Source of the DNA: Salibaculum sp.
Lineage (GTDB): Bacteria > Pseudomonadota > Alphaproteobacteria > Rhodobacterales > Rhodobacteraceae
Direction of reading: 5' to 3'
Length of the DNA stretch: 64,000 nucleotides
Assembly (NCBI RefSeq): GCF_035270045.1
Contig: NZ_DATFIP010000031.1
Coordinates: forward strand, 11,025 to 75,024
In this document: positions 10,378-20,500 of the stretch, piece by piece
Layout: each line of letters begins with the position of its first letter
How positions within the stretch are numbered: position 1 is the first letter of the stretch
Program-made: the position numbers and the translations under genes
The notes under the pieces: model-generated
What the model saw: the letters and a program-made list of their open reading frames with translations, nothing else
The model's database searches: none
Told to the model about the DNA's origin: nothing

Positions 10378-11261
10378 GGGTCACGCTTCTGGATGGCGGC
10401 ATCGGACAGGAAATGGTCAAACGGTCCGGGGACAGCCCCACGCCGCTCTGGTCCACGCAGGCGATGATGGACCACCCCGGTTTGTTGCAAGCGATACACC
10501 GAGATTATTTCGATGCCGGCGCCACCATCGCCACGACAAACACCTATGCCATCCTGCGGGATCGGCTGGTGAAAGAAGGCATCGAGGACCGCTTCGAGTC
10601 GCTTCAATCCGCCGCCCTTGCCGAGGCCCGCGCCGCCGCCCGGGGACGTGGCCGCGTTGCCGGTGCCATCGGCCCGCTGGTTGCGACCTATCGTCCGGAA
10701 ACCCACCCGGCCCATTCAGAAGCGGTGCCGCAATATGCAGAGGTCGCTCGGAACATGGCCGATCGGGTGGACCTTGTCCTGTGCGAGACGGTCGCTTCCC
10801 TGATCCATGCCCGCGCGATCCTTGAAGGTGCGCTGGCGGCCCGCAGGCCGGTCTGGGTCAGTTTCACCGTGGACGACGAGGACGGCAGCCGACTGCGCTC
10901 GGGAGAGCCCGTGACCGAGGCCGCGCGCGCCATGGCCGAGGGGGGAGCCGACGCGATCCTGGCCAACTGCGCTGCCCCCGAAGCGATGCCCGCCGCCCTT
11001 GATGCCATCGCGCCCGCGGGGTTGCCCTGCGGCGCATACGGCAACGCGTTCACCTGCATCACCAAGGACTTCCTGCGCGACGATCCCAAGGCGGATACCC
11101 TGCAGGCCCGCCGCGACATGGGGCCAGCCCTCTATGCCGATCACGCGCTGTCCTGGCTGGACCATGGCGCGACTATCCTGGGCGGCTGCTGTGAGACAGG
11201 CCCGGCCCATATAGCCGAGATCGCCCGCCGCCTGTCCGTCGCCGGGCACGAGATCGCCTGA
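10374..11261 (+). CDS. Homocysteine S-methyltransferase family protein
   Basis: LLDGGIGQE, TTNTY, LCET, ANC and GGCC zinc-binding motif. Confidence 0.92.
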   Translation: MRVTLLDGGIGQEMVKRSGDSPTPLWSTQAMMDHPGLLQAIHRDYFDAGATIATTNTYAILRDRLVKEGIEDRFESLQSAALAEARAAARGRGRVAGAIGPLVATYRPETHPAHSEAVPQYAEVARNMADRVDLVLCETVASLIHARAILEGALAARRPVWVSFTVDDEDGSRLRSGEPVTEAARAMAEGGADAILANCAAPEAMPAALDAIAPAGLPCGAYGNAFTCITKDFLRDDPKADTLQARRDMGPALYADHALSWLDHGATILGGCCETGPAHIAEIARRLSVAGHEIA

Positions 11262-11355
11262 ATCGGAGGCATCACGAAACGCGCGCCCCGGGATCGCGAA
11301 AATGAATGGTCCGACGGCTTTTCAATCCGGCCGCCCCATGCGCCTATGGGCCGCG

Positions 11356-12273
11356 ATGGAGGCGCCTTTGACCGACACCGCGATCCGGCCGGATGAAGAC
11401 ACACCTCAGGGTCTGGCCTTGGCTGGCTCCGCCTACATTCTATGGGGGCTGCTGCCACTCTACCTCAAGCTGGTGTCACATCTCCCCGTGACCGAGGTGC
11501 TGACCCATCGCGTCCTCTGGGCACTTCCCATCGCGGGGGCCGTGCTGGTGGCCAGCCGGCGGACCGTCGATCTGCGCACGGCCCTGGCCGATCGGCGCAC
11601 ACTGCTGATGGCAGGGCTGACGGCGCTGTTGCTCTCGGTCAACTGGGGGATCTACGTCTATGCCATCGCCACCGACCGGGCGCTGGACGCCGCGCTGGGC
11701 TATTACGTCAACCCGCTCTTCTCCATGATGTTGGGGGCGATCCTTCTGGGGGAGCGGCTGCGCGGTTCGCAGTTGATCGCAGTGGGGCTGGCCGCACTGG
11801 CGGTTCTGATTCTGTTCCTGGATGCCGCGCGCCCGCCCTGGATCGCGCTCGGCCTGACCGGAAGCTGGGGTATCTATGCCTATTTCAAGAAATCCCTGCC
11901 CGTTGGCCCGAACCAGGGATTCTTCCTCGAGGTTCTGATGCTCCTGCCCATCGCTGTGATCTACCTCGGGTGGCTGACCGCGCAGGGCGAGAGCCATTTC
12001 CTGGCCACCGGAACCGACACCCTGCTCTTGCTGGGCTGCGGTCTCGTCACGGCCGTGCCGTTGCTGTTCTATGCCAATGGAGCCAAGCTGTTGCGCCTGT
12101 CCACCATCGCGATCCTGCAATACATCGTGCCGACCATGGTCTTCGCGATCGCCGTGACCCTGTTCGACGAGGTGATGGGCCGCGCCCGTATGGTGGCCTT
12201 TCCACTGATCTGGGCCGCGCTTGTTATTTATACCGTGCCGCTGGTGCGTCGGATGCGCCGGCCGCCCCGATAG
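11356..12273 (+). CDS. rarD: EamA family transporter RarD
   Basis: AYILWGLLPLY, NWGIYVYA, ALGYYVNPL and LQYIVPT; about 10 TM segments. Start uncertain (11302-11368). Confidence 0.88.
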   Translation: MEAPLTDTAIRPDEDTPQGLALAGSAYILWGLLPLYLKLVSHLPVTEVLTHRVLWALPIAGAVLVASRRTVDLRTALADRRTLLMAGLTALLLSVNWGIYVYAIATDRALDAALGYYVNPLFSMMLGAILLGERLRGSQLIAVGLAALAVLILFLDAARPPWIALGLTGSWGIYAYFKKSLPVGPNQGFFLEVLMLLPIAVIYLGWLTAQGESHFLATGTDTLLLLGCGLVTAVPLLFYANGAKLLRLSTIAILQYIVPTMVFAIAVTLFDEVMGRARMVAFPLIWAALVIYTVPLVRRMRRPPR

Positions 12274-12320
12274 GCTTGCCCCCGGGCGATGCCTGCGCCA
12301 AGAGGGGTCCGGAGGCCCCG

Positions 12321-12968
12321 ATGAGAGTTTCATACGATCCGCCCGACACGCCGCTGGAGATCGTCCACGACGACCACGAGATCCTGCTGGTGGACAAGCC
12401 CGCCGGCCTGCTGTCAGTGCCGGGCAAGGGTCCGCACCTGGCCGACTGCCTGCTGGCGCGGGTGCAGGATGCCTTTCCGCAGGCATTGCTGGTGCACCGG
12501 TTGGACCGGGATACCTCGGGCCTGATGGTCTTTGCCCTGACACCCCATGCCCAGCGTCACCTGGGCCAGCAGTTCGAGAAGCGCCGGGTGAAAAAGACCT
12601 ACGTCGCCCGCGTCGAAGGGCGGCTGACGCCCCGCACTGGAATTGTCGACCTGCCGCTGATCGTGGACTGGCCCAACAGGCCCCGCCAGAAGGTAGATCA
12701 CGAGACCGGCCGGCAGGCGATGACGGACTGGCGCGTCGTCAGAGCGGGCGCGGCCGAGAGTCGCGTGCGGCTGATGCCAAGGACCGGGCGCAGCCATCAG
12801 TTGCGCGTTCACATGATGGCACTCGGTCACCCGATTCTGGGCGATCCCTTCTATGCCCGTGGCGCCGCGTTGGATCATACGCGTCTGATGCTGCATTCCG
12901 AGGCCCTCCAATTGCGACACCCCGACGGGGGCAGAGGGGTCCGGTTTCGCGCGAAATGCCCGTTCTGA
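12321..12968 (+). CDS. rluA: RluA family pseudouridine synthase
   Basis: VDKPAGLLSVPG, HRLDRDTSG (catalytic Asp) and TGRSHQLRVHM. Start ATG 12321 follows GGAGG. Confidence 0.93.
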   Translation: MRVSYDPPDTPLEIVHDDHEILLVDKPAGLLSVPGKGPHLADCLLARVQDAFPQALLVHRLDRDTSGLMVFALTPHAQRHLGQQFEKRRVKKTYVARVEGRLTPRTGIVDLPLIVDWPNRPRQKVDHETGRQAMTDWRVVRAGAAESRVRLMPRTGRSHQLRVHMMALGHPILGDPFYARGAALDHTRLMLHSEALQLRHPDGGRGVRFRAKCPF

Positions 12969-13113
12969 CCGACACGGCAGCGCGTTTGGACGCTGTCAGC
13001 GCGACACCTTGTCACCGTCGGTGGGCAAACCGCCCCTCGGGGGCTGGCATACTTAGAACGATTATATATGTAGACCTTGTAATGATTTGAAACCGCAACG
13101 GAAGGAGCCCGAC

Positions 13114-13767
13114 ATGGCCCTGCGCATCAACGACACCATCCCGAACCTGACCGTCGAGACCGACTTGGGCAGCTTTGCCCTGCATGATTTCTTCGGCGAC
13201 AGCTGGGGGATCATCTTCTCGCATCCCAAGGATTTCACGCCGGTCTGCACTACCGAGTTCGGCGCGGTGGCCCAGTTGGCAGACGAATGGGACAAGCGCG
13301 GCACCAAGGTGCTGGGCGTCTCGGTCGACGATGTGGCCGAGCACAAGGAATGGAAGGCCGACATCGAGGGCCACGCCAAGACCAAGGCGGGCTTCCCCAT
13401 CGTGGCCGACGTTGATCTTGAGCTCTCCAAGGCTTTCGACATGCTGCCGGCCGAGGCCTATCTGACCGACGGCCGCACCCCGGCCGATACCGCCTCGGTG
13501 CGCTCGGTGTTCATCATCAGCCCGGACAAGAAAGTGCAGCTGATGATGACCTACCCGATGTCCGTGGGCCGCAATTTTGCCGAGGTGCTGCGCGCGCTGG
13601 ATGGTCTGCAGGCGACCTACGGCACGCCCATCGCCACGCCGGCCAACTGGGAAAAGGGCCAAGACGTCATCGCGGCCCTGTCGCTGGATGATGCTCAAGC
13701 GAAAGAGAAATTCGGCGAGATGAAGGTCGAATTGCCCTACCTGCGTTGGGTCAAGGAACCGGGCTGA
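13114..13767 (+). CDS. 1-Cys peroxiredoxin (Prx6 family)
   Basis: FSHPKDFTPVCTTE, YPMSVGRNF and ATPANW. Start follows AAGGAG. Confidence 0.95.
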   Translation: MALRINDTIPNLTVETDLGSFALHDFFGDSWGIIFSHPKDFTPVCTTEFGAVAQLADEWDKRGTKVLGVSVDDVAEHKEWKADIEGHAKTKAGFPIVADVDLELSKAFDMLPAEAYLTDGRTPADTASVRSVFIISPDKKVQLMMTYPMSVGRNFAEVLRALDGLQATYGTPIATPANWEKGQDVIAALSLDDAQAKEKFGEMKVELPYLRWVKEPG

Positions 13768-13786
13768 GCCGGACAGCACTCGATTG

Positions 13787-13816
13787 GAAAGGTCTCGCCC
13801 CCGCGCGGGGCCTTTC
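13787..13816 (+). terminator. Stem-loop downstream of peroxiredoxin, probably a bidirectional terminator
   Basis: GAAAGGTCTCGC-CC-CCGCGCGGGGCCTTTC lies between convergent genes. Confidence 0.6.
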
Positions 13817-13870
13817 TTCGCCTTCGCCCTCGCGTCACATAGGGCGGCGCGTTTTCGAAATGTGCCCGGA

Positions 13871-14272
13871 TCACCCCATCTGAAACATCGTATTAACGTG
13901 TCCGCGCAGTTCTGTCGTCGAGATCCCGTCGGTCCGGGGAAGATAGACAACCCTGCAATACTGGCTGAGGTGATCGAACTTGCCGTACCAATCATTCCCC
14001 ATTCCGAATATTTGAACGTTCTCTTTCCTGATGTCTTCTTCTTTCTGTTCCCATGTGGTTTCCGGAATGATCTTGCTCACGAATTTGCAGGCATTCAGAA
14101 TTTCACACCTATGTTCATATGGCATGACACATTTCTTGCCCTTGAGAGCGTTGAATTCATCAGTAGAACAGCCAACAATCAGGCGATCCCCGTATTTCGA
14201 AAGGCGGTGTAAGAGACGGACATGACCGATATGAAAAAGGTCAAAAGTTCCATATGTAAGAACGGTTCCCAT
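13871..14272 (-). CDS. Glycerol-3-phosphate cytidylyltransferase-like (TagD/TarD; HIGH superfamily)
   Basis: TYGTFDLFHIGH, GCSTDEFN..KGK and YLPRTDGISTT. AT-rich. Confidence 0.92.
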   Translation of the reverse strand: MGTVLTYGTFDLFHIGHVRLLHRLSKYGDRLIVGCSTDEFNALKGKKCVMPYEHRCEILNACKFVSKIIPETTWEQKEEDIRKENVQIFGMGNDWYGKFDHLSQYCRVVYLPRTDGISTTELRGHVNTMFQMG

Positions 14273-14278
14273 CTTGTG

Positions 14279-15184
14279 TCACCGCCTTTCAAAGAGTTTT
14301 GACAAGGCCAGTCTTCGAACCGCCCACCAGTAAGTCCTTAGAAAGCTGCGGAAGCGACTTCGCGCCTCGCGCCAAGGAAAAACGAAATCTGCATCAGGTT
14401 TTTCCCAGCCCTGTCCGTAATTCAGCGCAAGCATTTTTTCAGGCTTCGCTGGTGCGGGAAATTCCACGCCATTAAGCGCCATCGCTTTCAACGGAAACAG
14501 GTCGGCCTTATCCAGCTCGCCAAATGTATGCGGCCATATGAATAGCTTATCATTCATTATCCAGGTCGGGAAAAGGTCCACAACGACATCACTCGGCAAG
14601 GTTATTTTCAAGACCGGGCTATTGAAGGAAGTTTTTATCTCGAATTCGAGCTTGGAAGCGAGCAGCTTGTAAACGGAAATGAATTCGTTAACAGCATCTT
14701 GGACATTTGCCGCGTTCAGGATCAAACCTAAATCTATATCATCATCGTGGCCAATGAATGAGCCTTCTCGAACCGCACCAAGCAATGTTCCAGAATTGAT
14801 GAAGACCTGCTGTCCCTCATCGTGCAATTCTGAAACGAGTTTCAGTAGTTCCTTTGCAGTCTTGCTTTTGTCTTGAGCTGCGAACTGTATGAAATAATTC
14901 TTGGCATGGGGGTTCTTGAAATCAAGAGCAATATCAACCCGATCCAAAAAATCCTCAGCTTTTTCGGGTAGCCCTTGTTCTTCCCAATATCGAATGATGT
15001 CCTTTCGCAAAGAACGCACCCTGGCGCTGCGCACACGTTTTAGGCAATAAGCGATCACAACTCGCTCTGTCCATTCGACGCCGCGTTCGGCGTGCGGGAC
15101 GCGCTGCAACGGACGGCGCAACTCTTTCAGGTCAAAGGAACGCGCGGCTTCGGGATTTCTGGTCCAAGCGTCGAATGTCTGCAT
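14279..15184 (-). CDS. LicD family phosphotransferase (CDP-alcohol donor to surface glycan)
   Basis: SGTLLGAVREGSFIGHDDDIDLG, VDLF and FPAPAKPEKMLALNYGQGW. Probable start MQTF at 15184. AT-rich. Confidence 0.88.
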   Translation of the reverse strand: MQTFDAWTRNPEAARSFDLKELRRPLQRVPHAERGVEWTERVVIAYCLKRVRSARVRSLRKDIIRYWEEQGLPEKAEDFLDRVDIALDFKNPHAKNYFIQFAAQDKSKTAKELLKLVSELHDEGQQVFINSGTLLGAVREGSFIGHDDDIDLGLILNAANVQDAVNEFISVYKLLASKLEFEIKTSFNSPVLKITLPSDVVVDLFPTWIMNDKLFIWPHTFGELDKADLFPLKAMALNGVEFPAPAKPEKMLALNYGQGWEKPDADFVFPWREARSRFRSFLRTYWWAVRRLALSKLFERR

Positions 15185-15429
15185 ATGCGCCCAAGATTTG
15201 GGGCTTAAGGGGCGTGTGTTCACGCGTAATTTTCGGGGACGGTAAAGCCGGGGCAAAGAACAGTTCCACAAACAGTCACATTTCGTTTTCACGGTAGGTA
15301 GCAGCCTAGGTTTACAGTTTCAATGTGGACTTGGCGGTATTCGGCGCTTTCGGTGGGCATGGCGGCATGCGCGTGTCGCCTGGTCCTGCCCGCGCCGTCA
15401 GAAGCGGCTGCGACCTTTCTGATCGGCAC

Positions 15430-15460
15430 AAAAAAGCCCCGATCTTTGGATCGGGGCTCT
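15430..15460 (-). terminator. Rho-independent terminator of pnp
   Basis: Minus strand reads AGAGCCCCGATC-CAAA-GATCGGGGCT-TTTTT. Confidence 0.85.
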
Positions 15461-15483
15461 TGAGTTTTCGGGTGGACGGGCGG

Positions 15484-17619
15484 TTAGTCCGCGTCTTCCT
15501 TTTCCGGCTTGGCCTCTTCGCCAGTGTCCTGGTCGACGACCTTCATCGACAGGCGGACCTTGCCGCGATCATCGAAGCCCATCAGCTTGACCCAGACCTC
15601 CTGGCCTTCCTTCAGAACATCCGAAGGGTGGTTCAGGCGGCGGTTCTCGATCTGGCTGACATGGACCAGGCCGTCGCGCTTGCCAAAGAAGTTCACGAAG
15701 GCGCCGAAATCGACGATCTTGACGACGGTGCCCTTGTAGATGTGACCCTCTTCCGGCTCGGCAACGATCGAGTGGATCATGTCATAGGCCTTCTGGATGG
15801 CCTCGCCGTTGGGCGAGGCGATCTTGATGATGCCCTCGTCGTTGACATCGACCTTGGCGCCGGAGACTTCGACGATCTCGCGGATCACCTTGCCGCCCGA
15901 GCCGATCACTTCGCGGATCTTGTCGGTGGGCACCTGCATGGTCTCGATGCGCGGGGCGTGGATCGAGAAATCGCTGGTTTCGGAGAGGGCCTTGCCCATC
16001 TCGCCCAGGATGTGCATCCGGCCCTGCTTGGCTTGAGCCAGCGCTTTCTTCATGATCTCGGGCGTGATGCCCGCGACCTTGATGTCCATCTGCAGGCTGG
16101 TGATGCCGTTCTCTGTGCCCGCGACCTTGAAGTCCATGTCGCCGAGGTGGTCCTCGTCGCCCAGGATATCGGTCAGGATTGCGTAGTCGCCATCGCCTTC
16201 CAGCACCAGTCCCATGGCCACACCGGCGACCGGCGCCTTGAGCGGCACGCCTGCGTCCATCATCGCCAGCGAGCCGCCACAGACCGAAGCCATGGAGGAC
16301 GATCCGTTGGATTCGGTGATCTCGGAGACCAGGCGGATCGTGTAGGGAAAGTCGGTCGCTGCGGGCAGGACGGCTTGAAGAGCACGCCATGCCAGCTTGC
16401 CGTGGCCGACTTCGCGACGCCCCGGAGGACCGACGCGCCCCGCTTCACCGACCGAGTAGGGCGGGAAGTTGTAGTGCAGCAAGAAGTTGGACTTGTAGGT
16501 TCCCTCAAGCGCGTCGATCATCTGTTCGTCGTCGCCCGTGCCAAGCGTGGTCACAACCAGCCCCTGGGTTTCGCCACGGGTGAACAGGGCCGATCCGTGT
16601 GTGCGGGGCAGCAGGCCGGTTTCGCAGACGATCTCGCGCACCTCGTCGAGCTTGCGTCCATCGATGCGCTTGCCTTCCTTGACGACCGACCCGCGCAGAA
16701 CCGTCGACTCCAGCTTCTTGAGGGCGGCGCTCAGGTTCGGGTCTTCCTGCTGCTCCTCCGACAGGCCCTCGATGATCTCGGCCTTGACCGCTGAAACGGC
16801 GGTGGTCCGTTCCTGCTTGTCGAGGATCGCGTAGGCCTCGCGCATCTTGGCTTCGCCAGCGGCGGCCACGATCGCGTAGAGGTCCGAGTAATCGGGCGGG
16901 GTGAAATCGAAGGGTTCCTTGGCCGCGTCCTCGGCCAGGTCGATGATCGTGTCGATCACCGGCTGGATCTGCTCGTGCGCGAAGTTGACCGCGCCCAGCA
17001 TCTCGTCCTCGGTCAGTTCGTAGGCCTCGGACTCGACCATCATGACCGCATCCTTGGTGCCCGCGACGACCAGGTCCAGGCGTTGTTCGGGATTGTCGCG
17101 CAGCTTGTGCATGTCGTCGAGTTCGGGGTTCAGGATGTATTCGCCATCCTCGTACCCCACGCGGCAGCCGGCGATCGGGCCCATGAAGGGCGCGCCGGAA
17201 ATTGTCAGCGCGGCGCTGGCGGCGATCATCGCGATCATGTCCGGGTCGTTGACCAGGTCATGGGACAGCACCGTGCACATGACCAGGGTCTCGTTCTTGA
17301 ACCCGGGCACGAAAAGCGGGCGGATAGGCCGATCGATCAGGCGCGCGGTCAGCGTTTCCTTCTCGGTCGGACGGGCCTCGCGCTTGAAGAAGCCACCAGG
17401 CACCTTGCCTGCGGCGTAGTATTTTTCCTGATAGTGAACCGTCAGCGGGAAAAAATCCATTCCCGGCTTGGGTTGCTTGGCATAGGTCACCGCGGCCATG
17501 ACCGAGGTTTCCCCGTATGTGGCGATGACGCAGCCATCGGCCTGTCGGGCGATCTTGCCCGTTTCCAGTGTCAGCGTCTCTTCGCCCCACTGGATCGATT
17601 TCTTTACTTCTTTGAACAT
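15484..17619 (-). CDS. pnp: Polyribonucleotide nucleotidyltransferase (PNPase)
   Basis: [46 protein letters not shown] and S1 domains. Confidence 0.99.
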   Translation of the reverse strand: MFKEVKKSIQWGEETLTLETGKIARQADGCVIATYGETSVMAAVTYAKQPKPGMDFFPLTVHYQEKYYAAGKVPGGFFKREARPTEKETLTARLIDRPIRPLFVPGFKNETLVMCTVLSHDLVNDPDMIAMIAASAALTISGAPFMGPIAGCRVGYEDGEYILNPELDDMHKLRDNPEQRLDLVVAGTKDAVMMVESEAYELTEDEMLGAVNFAHEQIQPVIDTIIDLAEDAAKEPFDFTPPDYSDLYAIVAAAGEAKMREAYAILDKQERTTAVSAVKAEIIEGLSEEQQEDPNLSAALKKLESTVLRGSVVKEGKRIDGRKLDEVREIVCETGLLPRTHGSALFTRGETQGLVVTTLGTGDDEQMIDALEGTYKSNFLLHYNFPPYSVGEAGRVGPPGRREVGHGKLAWRALQAVLPAATDFPYTIRLVSEITESNGSSSMASVCGGSLAMMDAGVPLKAPVAGVAMGLVLEGDGDYAILTDILGDEDHLGDMDFKVAGTENGITSLQMDIKVAGITPEIMKKALAQAKQGRMHILGEMGKALSETSDFSIHAPRIETMQVPTDKIREVIGSGGKVIREIVEVSGAKVDVNDEGIIKIASPNGEAIQKAYDMIHSIVAEPEEGHIYKGTVVKIVDFGAFVNFFGKRDGLVHVSQIENRRLNHPSDVLKEGQEVWVKLMGFDDRGKVRLSMKVVDQDTGEEAKPEKEDAD

Positions 17620-18467
17620 CTATCGTTTCCTGTCTGAGGGCGCTCCCGGCCTTCCGGGTCCCTCGTGTCATTGGCGGCCCCATTGCCGCCGACCCCTCTC
17701 ATCATCTCATGCGCCGGGGTCTAGAGCGTCACGTTTCAGATGGTCGCGAAATACATGAAAAACCAGGATGGGGGAAGGGGTGGTCGGATGTCGCCAGACC
17801 CCGAGCGCGAGGGCAGTCGCCCAGGCATGGCTGGGAAACGGCCAGTGCCACCCCGTGGGTCCGATCACCCCATGTGCAGGGCCTGGTCATTGGCAGATCG
17901 CGGTGCTCTCGTCGCCGGGTCAATCCGCGAGCGCCGGTCGTTCAGGCCGGTAAATGCGCGGGTCTGGGGCTGCGGCTTCGGACGTCTGTTCCGCCTCTCG
18001 CGAGCCACATGGCATCCGCGCGGCGCCGCGGATATGACCAACCAGGCGGTCGCCAATGCCGCGTGGCACTGCGGCGGGCATGTGCGCGGTGCGCTACGGC
18101 TCCTGCAAGTGGTGATATTCAGACCGGCGGTGTTTGCGCCCTTGGGGCCTTGGCCAGGGTTTCCCGATCTTGATGCCGCGGCAATGGCAAGCGGCAACAT
18201 GATAACCGGCGATGTCCTGTGGATCATGCCTGTTTGGGGGCGGTCGGTCTCGTCGACAGACGCGCGACCAATGAGGCGCCTATCGCCCGGTACGACGACA
18301 GGATCGGCACCGGCCCCGCGCATTTCGTGGCCGACTACAGGTTCGAGTTGGAAGGCAAGACATGTTCCATGCCCGTCGCGTGACAGGCCGACCGGCAGTC
18401 ACCGCCATCAACGAGAAACGCCCGTGCATTTCTGCACGAGCGTTCGGAAACTCCATTCACGGCCGTC

Positions 18468-18737
18468 TCAGCGGCGGATGCCGAGCCGCTTGATGAGGTC
18501 GCGATAGCGGGCTTCTTCCTTGCCACGCAGGTAGTCCAGCAGCTTGCGGCGCTGAGCCACCATCTTGAGAAGGCCACGGCGGCCGTGATTGTCCTTCTTG
18601 TGTGTCTTGAAGTGCTCGGTCAGGGTGGTGATGCGCGAAGTCAGGATCGCGATCTGCACCTCGGGCGAGCCGGTGTCGCCCTCTTTCGTGGCGAATTCCT
18701 TCAGAATCCTGGATTTTTCGTCAGCGGTAATCGACAT
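18468..18737 (-). CDS. rpsO: 30S ribosomal protein S15
   Basis: [13 protein letters not shown]...[23 protein letters not shown]. Confidence 0.99.
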   Translation of the reverse strand: MSITADEKSRILKEFATKEGDTGSPEVQIAILTSRITTLTEHFKTHKKDNHGRRGLLKMVAQRRKLLDYLRGKEEARYRDLIKRLGIRR

Positions 18738-18830
18738 CGGGGTCTCCTGTTCAAGAATGGGTCAAGGCGCGAGCCGGGATGTCGTCCAGACAAGGCCCAT
18801 GGAGGGAGCGGTCTCAAGTGCCGGGCACCA
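18738..18830 (-). promoter_or_regulatory. Probable rpsO 5' leader (S15 autoregulatory RNA)
   Basis: The leader contains CTGGACGACATCCCGGC upstream of the SD AGGAGA. I recall this motif from alphaproteobacterial rpsO leaders; not folded computationally. Confidence 0.45.
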
Positions 18831-18885
18831 AGGTGCCGCTGGCGCGCGTATAGGAGCAAACGCGCAGCTTTGCAAAGGGATTCCT

Positions 18886-19743
18886 TCAGGGCTGTGCGGG
18901 CTGAACCGTGATGCTGTCCAGGTCGATCGTGCCCAGTCCCCGCAGGAGGGCAAGCGGTTCGCCGTCGGCCAGGACGACGACACCCTGGTCCGTCACGGCG
19001 CTGGACAGCGTCGTACCGGGCCCGCTCGTGTGCAGGATCAGGCTGTCTTCCGTCGGATTGTAATCCATGACCGTCACATCCCCGCCCAATACGGTGAAGG
19101 TGTCAGAGCCGCTGCCGCCATCAAGGACATCCCCATCGCCTCCGGTCACGTGATCGTTTCCGGCGCCACCGTTGACGTAGTCGCGCGCAGCGATCGCCTC
19201 GTTGGCGGCACCATCGACAAGATCGTCACCGTCGCCGCCATGCAGAACGTCCTCGCCCCCGCCACCGGTCAGCGTGTCATCGTCGAAACCGCCCAGCAGG
19301 GAATCGGCGCCATCGCGGCCGTGCAGAACATCTTGTCCCGCGCCGCCGATCAGCGCGTCACCGCCGTCACCGCCATCCAGCCAGTCATCGCCAACGTAGC
19401 CAAAGAGCGTGTCTGCACCGTCGCCACCCGACAGGCGGTCGACGCCGTCGTGGCCGTGCAGCGAATCCGCGCCCGGCCCGCCCTCGATCATGTCATCGCC
19501 TTCGCGCCCATCTATGTAGTCGTCGCCTTCAAGGCCCGCGATAACGTCGGTCTCTTCGCCGCCATAAAGCTCATCCGCGCCTTCGCCACCCTCGATCAGC
19601 GAGACCAGGGTATCGGCGGCCTCATCCTCCAATTCGGGCGCCTCGTCCGGATCGGGACTCTCGTCAGTGTTGTCCTGCCACGGCATGTCGACAATGGCCG
19701 ACCCTGCCAGCGCGATCCCCACGAGACCAAGTAAAGGAAACAT
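18886..19743 (-). CDS. Calcium-binding RTX/hemolysin-type repeat protein
   Basis: Many GGxGxDxLx nonamers (GGEGADELY, GGPGADSLH, GGDGADTLF and others); hydrophobic N-terminus; acidic linker. Confidence 0.9.
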   Translation of the reverse strand: MFPLLGLVGIALAGSAIVDMPWQDNTDESPDPDEAPELEDEAADTLVSLIEGGEGADELYGGEETDVIAGLEGDDYIDGREGDDMIEGGPGADSLHGHDGVDRLSGGDGADTLFGYVGDDWLDGGDGGDALIGGAGQDVLHGRDGADSLLGGFDDDTLTGGGGEDVLHGGDGDDLVDGAANEAIAARDYVNGGAGNDHVTGGDGDVLDGGSGSDTFTVLGGDVTVMDYNPTEDSLILHTSGPGTTLSSAVTDQGVVVLADGEPLALLRGLGTIDLDSITVQPAQP

Positions 19744-19882
19744 ACTCAGACCCCTTCAAAAAACTAATTTCTACGAACCTGACGGCCCGGCATTGCAAGG
19801 TCGCGTCACAATCTTCGAGAGTCTTGTAGCATTTTTCGGCAACCAGCGGTGTGCAAAGTGAACAGAGGGTTAATCCCCAGGG

Positions 19883-20389
19883 CTAATCCCAGGGTTCGGG
19901 GATCCGGCTGTAGGAAATATACAATGGGTGCCGTGGATGACCGTGCTTCGTGAGGCCCAGGTGAAGAAGCGGCGCGCCGGTGGCTCGCAGCAATGCCTCG
20001 ACCCGTGCTCCGCGGTCAAGGTGGGCGCCATGGCTGCCCCAGGCGCAGATGACCCGGTCGGCCCAGTCCGCGCCCGCGCGAATGGCCTGGTCGTTCTCGG
20101 GACCCACGGGATCTGGCGCGCCGCGCATCTTCCGTGGGTCGGTGTCGCGCCAGGCGAAGATATTTGTCACGCGGAAGCCGCCGAAGCCCAGCGTGCGGGC
20201 GCGACGCTCACAGCGTTCGACGGTTGGGTCGTTCTGAACCTCGGTCGCCGTCGAGGGGTTCAGCATGACGAAGAGCACCTTCTCTCCGCTCGGATTCCAG
20301 ACCCGCGTCAGCGCATAGCGATAACGTTCGCAGTCGGAATAGATCGCGGTCGAGGGCGCGTCGCCCTTGGTATATGTGCGGGTGATCAT
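19883..20389 (-). CDS. DUF1643 domain-containing protein
   Basis: YSDCERYRYALTRVW, FVMLNPSTA, NIFAWRDTDP, WGSHG and GHPRHPLY. Confidence 0.88.
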   Translation of the reverse strand: MITRTYTKGDAPSTAIYSDCERYRYALTRVWNPSGEKVLFVMLNPSTATEVQNDPTVERCERRARTLGFGGFRVTNIFAWRDTDPRKMRGAPDPVGPENDQAIRAGADWADRVICAWGSHGAHLDRGARVEALLRATGAPLLHLGLTKHGHPRHPLYISYSRIPEPWD

Positions 20390-20500
20390 GGCCACTGTTC
20401 TGCCCCGATGAGGCGTGGAAGGGAAGGGTGGGTCGCCGGACGCCGCTGTTTGCCGGACCAGCCCGGCAAATGCGCCCCGCCCGCCGTCCCGCAACATCCG

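Noticed and set aside
18886-19743. RTX repeat protein as a toxin
   Set aside because: It is short, lacks a toxin domain and has no linked type I secretion genes. This is a common Ca-binding surface protein type in roseobacters.
19870-19896. Short tandem duplication TAATCCC(C)AGGG at the DUF1643 stop
   Set aside because: About 13 bp and imperfect. It could be a slippage or insertion scar but is too short to support a claim.
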